A DNA stretch of 64,000 nt from Cirrosporium novae-zelandiae (Eukaryota). The notes beneath the pieces are model-generated. The model ran no database searches, was not told the DNA's origin, and saw only the letters and a program-made list of their open reading frames with translations. Of the stretch, positions 39,243-52,305 are shown piece after piece. The stretch lies in contig JAPETS010000007.1 in the NCBI GenBank assembly GCA_026023565.1, positions 186,001 to 250,000 on the forward strand, written 5' to 3'. How positions within the stretch are numbered: the stretch's first letter is position 1; each line of letters begins with the position of its first letter. Both the position numbers and the translations under genes were made by a program.

Positions 39243-41642
39243 GCTGTCAATGAGGCTCCTGAGGTCGAGAACCTAACAGAAGCGGACCAAGAACAAGCAC
39301 GGAAGATATTCGAGGGCGATGAAGCAGACATCAGTCGAAGTAAAGCTGCCGCATGGCTGGGCGATGAAGGCCCAACGCGTGGTCTCGTCCGACATGCTTA
39401 TATGGAGATGTTTGACTGGTCTGGACTCAACATTCTTGCTGCCCTACGTGAGCTATGTGGTAAATTGATACTCAAGGCAGAAACTCAGCAAGTAGATCGA
39501 ATATTGGACTCGTTCTCTACAAGATGGTGTGACTGTAATCCAAACCACGGGTTCAAAGCTTCTGATGTTGTACACACAATTTGTTATTCTTTACTTCTCT
39601 TGAATACTGATCTTTATTTGGCGGATATTGACCAGAAGATGACAAGGAATCAATTTATCAAGAATACGTTGCCAACTATTCGGCGAGTGGCGACAGATGC
39701 AGCCCCTGATGCTTTTGATACGCATCGATTGAGCACTGTTCCTGTGCGCTCACCAACTCCCTGGGCTGAGCCGACTTTATCTGGAGTACGATCACCGACC
39801 TTTCCTACGGATAATAAAGATGGTCGAGTGTCAGTTGACCATAGCCACCCTAGTACGAGTCTTACACCCCGTGCTCTTGATAGAACTATTCGTGAAGAGC
39901 CTACTTCAAGTCATCGTCATGGAATGGGATCCCCTATTCCAGAAGGCGGGCCTTTAGTAAACTCGCCTTTCAAGGGTACTGTACGTGCATGGGAATCCCA
40001 GATTGAGGTGGTTCTAAAGGAATTTTATAATTCTATATCGAAGCAACGTCTGCCATTGCATGGCTCGAACGAACGTGTTGAACAACCGTCTTCCTCGTCG
40101 TACAATCTATCCGCCGCGGTCATAAATACAATCCGAAGAGCACCAAGCACAATTAGTAAAGCTGGCTCTGAAAATTTCGCTTCCCGTGGAAGGACAACTG
40201 AAAATCACCTTAGCACTGGTAGGTGGACATCTAAGACGAGGTCACGTGGGAGAATGTATCCCAACTCTACCATCGGTTCCAGCCGCACAAGTTTGGATGA
40301 TCAATCGTCTATCTGGAGCCCATCCACACATAGTACTTGGAGTCGACCGTCAATGGGAAAGACTTTGACCTCTATGTCAGTGGATTCGTTTGGATCAGCG
40401 TATCCAACTGGCGATTATCAGCAATCCATTGGCTTCGCTAATGCTTTAAGCCAAGCAATCATTAGGGAGGAGTCTGCAATTTCTGGGTTCGACGAGATTT
40501 CTCATGCTGTTCCATTATTGGAAGACGAGTCTCTCGGTCTTGCTGGTGCGCCCTGGGCTAAAGAAGGGATTCTCAGGCATAAGCACCATCTCGATGCAGT
40601 GGACAAGAAATCTAGGGACCGAAACTGGGTTGAATGTTTTGCTGTGATCGAAAAGGGATGCATGCGATTATTTCAATTCAATGTAACGTCTAAATCAGTG
40701 CGCCAGAAGGCTAAAAAGCAGCCTGCCGGGGGAGTAGTTGGTGGCGGAAACTGGACTGAAAATATGGAAGCCCTTGAGAGCTACCCTTTGAGGCATACTA
40801 TTGCTAGTGCACTCCCCCCTCCAGGATACTCCAAATCACGTCCTCATGTATGGGCCTTGAGCTTACCAACTGGTGCTGTTCATCTGTTTCAAGTAGGCAC
40901 ACCAGAAATTATAAGAGAATTCGTGAGTTCCGCCAATTACTGGAGTGCCAGGTTATCTAAAGAGCCGCTTGTCGGGGGTATTAGTAACATCGAATATGGA
41001 TGGAGTGAAGCTGTCATCAATACTGCATTGGTTAACACCGACGAGCCGCAATCCTCACGCCAAAGTTTTGGACATCATCCCCGGCCAAGTTTACAAGGCT
41101 CTATTCGGAGCTCTATTGATCAACAATTTGTTAGGCCAAGGTTACCTGGGGATCGTATCTTTATTAATGACTGGACTCCTCCACCACAAAGCATGATGGC
41201 ATCGGCTCTTATGGAAGTTGACCAGCTCAAAGCTCTCATAGCCTATGTTAAGAGTATCGAGGAAGAATTGCAAAAGCACAATGAGCTTAGAAGTGCAATG
41301 CTCCTTGCAGTAAGTGATTGTAACATGTTTTATCCTAATTTGACGCTGACTTTAGGATAGTATTCCCCCAGACACCCAAATCACGGCAAGGCTATGGCAA
41401 ATTGGGAACGTAAATCGTCTTACCTTCTTCGCGAAATTGTCAAGTTTCGGACATACATAGACTGTCTACATGCTGCACAGGCCCAGAAAGATAAGATCTA
41501 TGCAGCTCGACCAGCAGAAGAACAGGAGACGGAATTAGAAAATCATGAGGAGCAAGAAGATAGTCGGGATATAGAAAAACAGCAGGAAAAAAAGTTGGAG
41601 GAAAGCCAGCAAAAGCAGGCAGTACAATTGGGCGATTCGTGA
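36780..41642 (+). CDS. SYT1: Sec7- and PH-domain Arf guanine-nucleotide exchange factor (Syt1-like)
   Basis: First ATG at 36780; one intron 41310-41360. Sec7 core KAETQQVDRIL...YSLLLLNTDL, PH region PWAKEGIL..KH, terminal ANWERKSSYLLRE. (GAT)10 poly-Asp at 39210-39239. Orthology to SYT1 rather than YEL1 is a judgement. Confidence 0.8.
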
Positions 41643-42549
41643 TACCCCCTTTTTCTACTTTAGCCGTTTTCAGTTGTATATACAGAATCTCTGAGTGTTC
41701 ACTTGATATTTCATTCTGATGATGAAATGAACTTTGGCGTTGTCCTATATAACTGGACGTGTTGGGATATTGGCGGGTTCATCTGGTGGTTTTTGCAATT
41801 AAGAAGGATGCGCACATATAGTAGTTTAGTGACGCGGTTTAAATCATACATAACTCCTCGCAGGATAGGGCGGGTGTCAAGAAACCAACCAGTGCTCTAG
41901 TTAGAATAGCGTATTCATGCAGGATCATACTTGGTAGCTGGAGACCTCTCGGGCCCCTCCCCCTATGTCAAGGTTTGGAGAGTTAAGAGTCCGCACTTTA
42001 TAGTTAATACGTGCATTAAAAGTATTCGCCGTTCACCGTTATTGCGATTGCGATTGAGATTGAGATTGCGTGCATATGCGACTTTTCTGGGGCGATTTAC
42101 TCCTTCAGTTGTTTACTTGTGGCTAAACGTAATAGGCTTTTGCGGTTCTCCAAGAAGATCCCTGTCGGTAAGGAAGAGTCCAACAACTCCCCGAGACTGA
42201 ATGATGAGAAGAGGAGAGAAGGACAACCTAGCGCGATCTTGATATGTCAACTCAAATACTCAAAAGCTTTCATTCAAATATCCCTTTTACTTTTATTACA
42301 CACAAATACCATGTTTGACACAATATTAATTCAATAATCAGCCATTTCACCACGACTTTCATTTACTGCCTTGAACGCCCCCAACTCGCGGTTGCTCCTT
42401 CAACGTTGACAAAAGAAAACGAGACCAGCCTCTTCACTACACGCGCCTTCGGGGAGTATTGCTGATGCACCAGTTATTATTACTGAAGAAGAGAGTAACA
42501 CTGACTACGATACATCCACCCATAATAATTTCAAACGCAATCAGATCAC

Positions 42550-45500
42550 ATGGCTTCCACCACGATACCCCCGACGGCAAGTCGGAAACCCTCCCAACTT
42601 CTAGGCGAATTTGAATCAGAAAATAAGAGACCACCGGCTAAGTCGCAACTCTCCGAAGCAGAAACTCATGACAACTTTTTCGATTCCTCCTTAGGCCCAG
42701 TGCCTTCGGCTGCAGAAAACAGCTTAATGGATTCGTCTCACGAGGATGGCTTTGCAATTGACGAAGGGGACATGCATAGACAATTGATGGATGTGGAGGA
42801 GAGTTTCGTACCCGAATTGTCAAATATATCTAGCAATCAAGATACTGAAGTCGACAGTGTTAGTTTGCCGACATTGGCGAAGGGGGAGAGAGATACTGCA
42901 CCACAGTCGCAGCAAAATACGCAGCGATCGCACGAGGAATACAACAACCAATATAACTATCAAGGCCTGAGTTCATCTTCTCCATCAACCCCTCCAGAGG
43001 CTTATAAAACCCCTGCGCCTCATATGTATGTGAAAGATGTCGATGACCAAGAAGATGATTCAGCAGTTGGGAATTCTACTTCGGAGCTGGAAACAATATC
43101 CTCATCGCCGACCGCTGCAGCTGCAGCCCGAACTGTTTCTAGGGTAATATCTATGGCTACAGATCGTAGCTACCGCACATCAAATGATCGAACACCCCCA
43201 ATTTCCCCATTAGAATCGAGTATACCGGTCATCGAGGAAACACAAGCAACGCCGAGGAGGAGGGCTGCTACTTCGCGTTCGCGGTCACGGACAGTTTCGC
43301 CTACGCCTCGAAGATACAATGGAAGCGATGAACAAGATTCCATTATTGGTGGTCTGGAGGATGTGGCTGCGGAGATTGGCAAGTATCGTACTAGACCAAG
43401 GGTTCTCAAGAGCCGGCAAGCTAGCCAGCGATCGTCTTATTCTTCTTACACGACAACAAGTAGTATGGATACCCCTAGCGATATCACCCTCGGTGCGGAC
43501 TTTGCTTTGCAGACGGGAGGTGCTGCTCCGTCTGGAGGATCATTAGTAAGACCTATGATGGATCTATCAAGAGCTACAAGTCTAGGTAGCCTTGCGTCTG
43601 GCCTGTCTCGTCTCAGTGACCCAAATTCTAGTGGCTTGGAAAAGAGCTTGGCTATGCTTGATGAGACTCTCTCTGATCCCGGTGACATCACCGGGACTAT
43701 AAGTAATGGAGGCAGAGGAAGAAATCGAACCGCATCAGTACCAGGGACCCCAAGAACCAGGAGTCGAGACAATACAACACCTACGGAAAGCGTGATCGCT
43801 CAGCATGTAGCTAATGTTGAAGTACCACCAACATTTGCTCGCCAATTCTATAACCGAACGAAAAGCAGCTCGCCCTCAAAAACATCGGCATTGCCGGCGC
43901 CATCGCTGGGACGGGGAGGGCGACATCTTAGCTTAAAAGAACAAACAAACCAGGTGGATCGTCTTTCCAAGGAGAATTGGAACTTGAAACTCAAATGCAC
44001 TTTCTTAGAACAGTCGTTACAGAAATTCAAAGACAAAGACACCCAAGAACTGATTGAAGAAAACACGGAATGGAAGATGAAAAATATCGAGTTGAAGCGA
44101 GATAATAAAGAGTTGAGGAAGAAGATTAGAACACTTGAGATCCAACTGAAGGCTATAGATGAGGATGTAGCAGTAGCCGAAAATAACGCAACATCCGAAG
44201 AAAAAGAGCGCCTTTCCATGGAAGAACGAGAATTTCTTTACCTTAAAGAACAAGTCAAGTCATATGAAGTGGAGATCGAGAAGTTGAAAAAAGAGAGTTT
44301 CGCAAGAGAAACAGATAAGATGCATCTTGCCGATTTAGTCAAGACGTTAGAGAAGAGGAGAAACTCTCGAGACGAAGACGTTGCAGCACAAGATGAAACG
44401 GTATGTTCCCTTTAGAGCATAGTCTATAATTATCTAAGCTAATGCTTTATTAGGATGCATGGAGGAGCTTACTTGAATCTGAACAAGCTCGTCGTGAGCA
44501 GGCCGATGAGGATAACCGTAGGCTCCGAGAGGAAATAAGTCGCCTACAGAGTGAGGCAGCTTCCACCGCCGCAAACAATCATACTTCAAGCATGTACCAT
44601 ATCAACAAACCTAGGCGGCCTTCGTCAAAAGTCTCAATGGATTCTGGGCGAGACCAGGATCGTTCTGGTGCCACCACTGCGTCAAGTGCAACATTAGTGG
44701 ACCAATTAAGGCATGAGAACGATGAGCTTCGGCGAGAAGTGGGTGCTCAAACCTCGATGCTTACATCGAGAAATCGTGAAAAGGAACGGCTTTATGCGGA
44801 AATTGAAGAACTAAAATTAGGTGCCCGAGGGAACAGATCAATAGCCGGTGAAAGCATATGGGAGCGGTCTGCATCTAGAGCTCAGGGCAGATCACCATCG
44901 CGAGTCAGCGCTGTCACTCGTAGTACACAGTTGAGTGACCTAGAAAGGGAGCGTTATGAAAACAAAATGGACAAGCTTAGAGATGAAATTGTTCAGCTCA
45001 AGGTTGAAAGACAAGACTTACTGAGCAAACTTGATAGTTGCTTGGATGAACTTGAGGATGTTGATGCTTTAAGAAAAGAGATTTCTCGCATGGAGCAGGA
45101 GGCTGATAGCCTCGTTTCGGACCTACAAGCTATGCAAGTTGAGAGGGACGAAGCGTTGAAACATGGTGAAGACCTCGAGGAGCAATTCCAGCAGTATGAG
45201 GCTAGTGCAGATGAAGATATTGCAGCGCTTGAGGAAGAGCTGGATGGAAAGGATCAGGATTGTGAGAGGCTACAGTCAGACCTAGAAGCTCAGAAAGAGG
45301 CATTTACTAAGCTGCAGGGGGAAATGAGGTCGATGAATGAAGGTTTGTCGAGGTTGGAAGATGATGCTCAAATTAACCAAAAGAAAATCCAAGTACTACA
45401 GCAAGAACTCGATGATGCGAACAAGGACATTGAGGCATACGAGCAGAATCTACTTGAATCGAACCAAAAGGTTGAAAGACTGTCCGTGCAACAAGAATCA

Positions 45501-47063
45501 AGCCAGAATGAAATAGCATTCCTTAGAGAAGAACAAGATGGCGACAAGATCAAGATTGGTGATCTCGAATCTGCACTTAAAGGAACACAGACTAGCCTGC
45601 AGATAGAGAAAGACAAGACGAAAGAGCTGGAAACACGCCTTACTGATGAGAGACACCAGCGAGAGGTCGTTGCTAGCAGAGACAAGCAAGAAGTGCAAAG
45701 GAAGATGAATGAATTAAATCGTGAAATATCAGCATCTAAAGAAGAGTCCAGGAAGCTTCAGATATCTCTCTCTAGTAGCGAAGAGGAATTAAAAACGTGG
45801 AAATATCGCTTGGAAGAATTGGAGGGTGGACTACGGAAAGTGTTTGGGGACCCTAATGGAACCCGGGCAAGCTTTTTAACTTCGATTACCAACCTTCAAA
45901 CAGAACTGCAATCAACTGCAACAGAGTTAGAAAGTCTAAGAAGAAAGTTTGATGAGAAGGAGCAGCTTCTCAAACGGCGGGATGCACAACTGGAAAGCCA
46001 CGGCCTGGAATATAAAAGACTGACCGATGTTCTCCACCGTGAAAGACAGGCCCGGCAGGCGGACAAGCATTCCTTCGAGCAGTCACTTAAAGCACATCAG
46101 ACGACCAATAGGACAATTACCCAGAAGGATACACGTATTGCGGATCTCGAATCCCTTCGTCGACAAGACCGTACGAAACTTGCTCATCTTGAGCTTCAAT
46201 ATAAGGACCAACTCACGGAACGAAATACTCTTCTTCTTTCACTTTGGAACAAATTATCGTCTTTATGTGGTGCGGATTGGACTCATCAAAATAACCTCAT
46301 CAATGGGAACCTCCCTACTCTTGACGTTGTAGCAAATATGCTCCCCGGGTTCAGTAAAAATCTTCTAAGTGCTGTTAAGGCTTTAGAGGCTTCCCTTGCA
46401 ACCTCCAAATCCCGCATTCGTGCAATAGAACGAGATTTGTGGAAGGACTACCAAACCCTCGAACACACCCTTGACTCACGGATAAAAAGACTTGACCGCC
46501 TTGAAAACCTTGTCAATAGTAGTCGCGGGGCAGTTGCAAACAATGCAGAGATATCGCGTCTGAGAAGCGAGAATCGGATGTTGAAAGGAGAAGTTGCGGT
46601 TCTTCAACGACAGCCTTCGCGTGCTTCATCGACTCATCGAACTGGACAGATGTCCGAACGAGCTTCTTTGATGCGGTCTCATTCACACACATCTGCTGTT
46701 GAAGCGTTGGAAGATGACCAGCCTGATGTAGCTGCCGAGATGGCAAGGCTTGGTATAGAAGGCGTCATTGAGCCAAGTCAACAAAGGTGGATTTTCAGAC
46801 TAAAGGAGCTTGAAAAGCGGCTGAAGGCAGAGAGAGAGGCGAGGTTAGCAGATAGGAGTGGGGCAAGGAAGAGGTTAGAAGAGGGTCGACAAGAAAATGA
46901 AGAGCTGAAACGACAGCTAGAACGGGAGAGGGTTAGACGGCTAGTCGAGACAGGTGAGATAGTAGGAGACGAAAACAAGGAGAATGAAAAACAGAGAATA
47001 CAGGAGGATGACAGAGTTTCTGAATCAGAGGACGGAAGGAGAATAAAGAGGTCGAAATCCTAA
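42550..47063 (+). CDS. apsB: MTOC gamma-tubulin-complex receptor ApsB/Mto1
   Basis: Two exons (intron 44401-44453). CM1 motif LSLKEQTNQVDRLSKENWNLKLK, long coiled coil, C-terminal WIFRLKELEKRLKAEREARLADRSGARKRL. Confidence 0.88.
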
Positions 47064-47658
47064 CACAGGAGTTCCACCTTTCACTTGACATAATTTCCTT
47101 TGTTTTACTTCTTGACTGGTCTTTTCACCGCTATGTATTTATTTATTGTTTGTATCGCAAGATTCGGGTTGGGGCCTATATTGTCTACTTTTTGTATTAT
47201 TCAGGGTTACTTTTTTCCTATTTGGAGGGGAGTTTGTGCTGACTGGTAGTAACGGGAGATTGTTTTGGTAGGGGGTGATTCAATCCGCATGATGGGCTAC
47301 GCAATATGTTGTGTTTTTTAGATGAGCAAAAACAGACATTTATTTTATGCGATGGGGTTGGTGGGTGAATTGAAGACACAATACTTCTCCATTTATGATC
47401 GATGTGTGCCTGCTAGATGCTATTCCGGAATAAAAGTTGAGTACAAAAATAGTGTTTATGCAAAGATCAAGCCAGCCCTTCATTAAATACAGTAGCCATA
47501 GAATAATGAATGATCTTTAAATAATCTTCTGATAGAACTTAGATTTCTAAAAATTTAATTGATTTCTATTTTGTTAGCACAAGCGATTTGGTCGTCAGTC
47601 CAGTCAGTCCAGGGCTGCTGTTCTCGAGGCACCAACTGTAAGTTCGGCCGAATTCGGT

Positions 47659-47665
47659 TTAGGGC
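47659..47665. promoter_or_regulatory. TTAGGGC (GCCCTAA) ribosomal-protein promoter motif
   Basis: About 145 bp upstream of the RPL28 ATG; matches the Tbf1-type element of fungal RP promoters. Confidence 0.5.
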
Positions 47666-47805
47666 CCGCTTACATAAATCGCACACAATCTTCAAATGCT
47701 GTGAGCCAAAATTCCAAATCTAAGGAACGCCTGTTTTAGAACTTCTCAACCGACCTTTAACGACGACGACAATTCCACCAACCTTTTCAGTCACACGTCG
47801 TCAAA

Positions 47806-49623
47806 ATGCCTACGGTATGTTTCCATGATAATCCTTTGGAATCCAAGATAACTGTATACTAATATCATTCTAGAGGTACACCCAAACTAGGAAGCACCGT
47901 TAGTTTCCCTCTATTTGCGATCTTATCAAGAAGGCAGTGGTGGTTTGGGGGAAACTGAACTGGATGCTGTTATAAACATTCCACAATAATCACGCGACTG
48001 CGGTTCATGTTTCTTCATAACCTCCACTCAGCGCTGTCTTCTTGAGAGGGAAGAATAACAGCTAACATCATTTCTTCGAATTTATAGGAGGCCATGTGTC
48101 CGCCGGTCATGGTAGAGTGCGTCTCCAGATATAACCCTCTGTTTCACTACATAATTGCTTTACAAAACCTTGGATAATCACAGGCATAATACACCATAAT
48201 CTACGCCTCCACAACAAGAGACACAACATCTGGATTTCTCAATAAGTGTAGAGCTTCATGAGGATATTAGAGGATCAATCGCCTAACAGCTACTTTCTTG
48301 GCTGAAGAATCTACTGTTCCTCACACATGAGGTTCTATACATGATTAAGAAATCCAGATATGGTTCTTGGTTCTATTGGGGCGTTGTGGACTATATTCAT
48401 CATATGCAAGCAACTCATTCAGTTCATAAGCTAACTTCTTCTATGTAATAGGTTGGAAAGCACCGCAAGCATGTAAGATTTCGGGAGATTCAGAATGTCT
48501 TGAGGATTCTAGCAAGCTGATTACCTTGCCCTATTCAAGCCCGGTGGTAGGGGGTAAGTTGTTATACTATTATCCTATTAATGTTTTTAGACATGAGTTA
48601 ACAACATGGTAGTATGGCTGGTGGTCAACGTAAGCCAATAGTTTTTTATACTTGTGCAATCCAATCAGCAAGATAGACTTCACGCCTTGGCTGCCAATTG
48701 ATATGCGTTTGCGAGCTGGACCATAGTCAAGCGTCTCCCACTTGGACATTCAAATGTCAAGGAAATGCTGAACAACTTGGCGCAGCCTATTCACAACTAT
48801 AAATTTTGCTGTTGAGGATAATTCTTCCCGTATTAATTTTGGCTGGCCTATCCGTGAAATCGCTACCTTGTGGATAGTCTTTTTATTTATGAAGCTATCA
48901 TGCTCTCGGAACAAAGTGCTGATTAATAATTTATAGATCACCACAGAACGAATTTAGACAAGTACCATCCAGGTTACTGTAAGTGGAGCACAGCAGCTCT
49001 CCAAAAACGTCAATCATCACCCTTTACTAACATGACATACCTTCAGTTGGAAAGGTCGGAATGAGGTTAGTCCAGAACATCCAAAGATCCCAAAGTTTTC
49101 TAGAGTATGCTAAAACTAACATTCTTGTAAAACAGATATTTCCATAGTATGTCGAATAAACCCCCCCCCCCCTCACCAATTTTCCCCTTGTCGCAAGCGT
49201 ATCTTCTAATATTTTTGGCAGAGCTCCATAACCAATTCTGGAAACCAACCATCAACATCGAGAAGTTGTGGACGCTTCTACCAGTCGAACAAAGAGATGC
49301 ATATTTAACTGGCAAGAAGGTCTTTATAACCTTGCCCCCTTTTTTTCTTTCTTTTCCTCTTAGTCTGAAACACCCATTCTAATACCATGTGTGTGTCTAG
49401 ACTGACACCGCTCCCGTTCTTGACCTCCTCCCACTTGGCTACAGCAAGGTCCTCGGAAAAGGGTACGATCATCCAATATCCTCACTACCTAGTCTATTTA
49501 GATTAATTAACACTTGACAGCCGTCTCCCCGAAATCCCCATAGTTGTCAAGGCTCGGTTCTTCTCAGCAGAGGCCGAAAAGAAGATCAAGGGGGCCGGCG
49601 GACGCGTGGTGTTGGTTGCATAA
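47806..49623 (+). CDS. RPL28: 60S ribosomal protein uL15 (L28/L27a), 12 exons
   Basis: Exons 47806-47814, 47874-47898, 48088-48116, 48452-48472, 48540-48553, 48613-48629, 48937-48978, 49047-49065, 49136-49146, 49222-49319, 49401-49462, 49521-49623 sum to 450 nt = 149 aa: [62 protein letters not shown]... Confidence 0.96.
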
Positions 49624-50328
49624 ATTATGGAAAGTCGACAGACGATAAAAAGGTGTTTTATGTGCCTTTTTATTCTTCTCTTTGTTATTTCAAGGTCATG
49701 GCAAAGAAGGTAGGATCCGGGGCATTTTTACATTTTTTTCAATGGAATGAAAATGGCTGCTTATGTTTCTCTGCTAAGATGGAAGGTGACAAGCGGGGGG
49801 CTGGAAGGGGGTGTCTTGAGGTAGAAATGAATTGTCATGCCGAGAGGACAGGCTAGCTCAGATGCAGAATTAGAAATTCTCATTTTGAGCGGAATGAAAA
49901 TGATTTTCAATTCAGCCACTTTGGTTCGGGGTTGTTTTTATGTTTGTAAAGGGACTTTTATGTGGTCGTCATGAACTAAATCCAAAAAGATATATTATGG
50001 TCAAGGTACCTTCTCTTGTTGCGAGGTTGGTTAACTTGTAATAATACCTATGCTCGGTACTTACATGTAAATAGGGATATCTCTCCAAGAGTCCTTGTAC
50101 GCCTTGGGATGATCTTCTATACTGATGCCAATGCCAATGCCAATGCCAAGTGCTTATTCCCTACTACCATGTTACTCGTACCATACCATACACCTCAACA
50201 GAACGAATGCCAACCCATTCCATCAAATAGCAAATTTGAACATGGGTATCTAACATTCACAATAACAGCAACCCTATGCCTCGTCGTTTCATCATTAATA
50301 ATTATGTTAGCTTAGCGTCGTTATAACA

Positions 50329-51956
<1,628 letters not shown>

Positions 51957-52143
51957 TAGCGACGTTCCAAGGTGAAAAGACGTTGAAGGTCAAGCAGGCA
52001 AAACTTAAAAGCAGTGCACAGATGGTCGCAAGTGTACCAACCGGTGAGTTTTAAATTCAATTGTTGTTCTAATCCAAGTATTGTTGTTGATAAGTCAAGT
52101 GGAAAATTACAGTTCGTGTTCTCAATCACAGAAGTTGCAATTC

Positions 52144-52149
52144 ACGCGT
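52144..52149. promoter_or_regulatory. MCB element in the CDC7/YCS4 divergent promoter
   Basis: ACGCGT near the middle of the 349-bp interval between the two start codons. Confidence 0.6.
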
Positions 52150-52305
52150 TAAATCCGCACTAAAACCGGAAGCTATGCTGAGATAGGAAGTACGAAAACA
52201 CAAGATTCAGCGGTAAACATAATTGCGATATTATACATCTACTAGACTACATTTTATACACAAGCTGCCTCTCTCCATGCTGATAGTGCAATACCATCAT
52301 ATACA

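Noticed and set aside
3..41642. SYS1, COG5 and SYT1 as a Golgi trafficking gene cluster
   Set aside because: Separated by many unrelated genes; chance co-location is likely.
49319..49400. Stwintron explanation for the GTCTTT donor of RPL28
   Set aside because: Two-step splicing via the internal TAG breaks the reading frame; a single 81-nt intron restores GKK|TDTAP.
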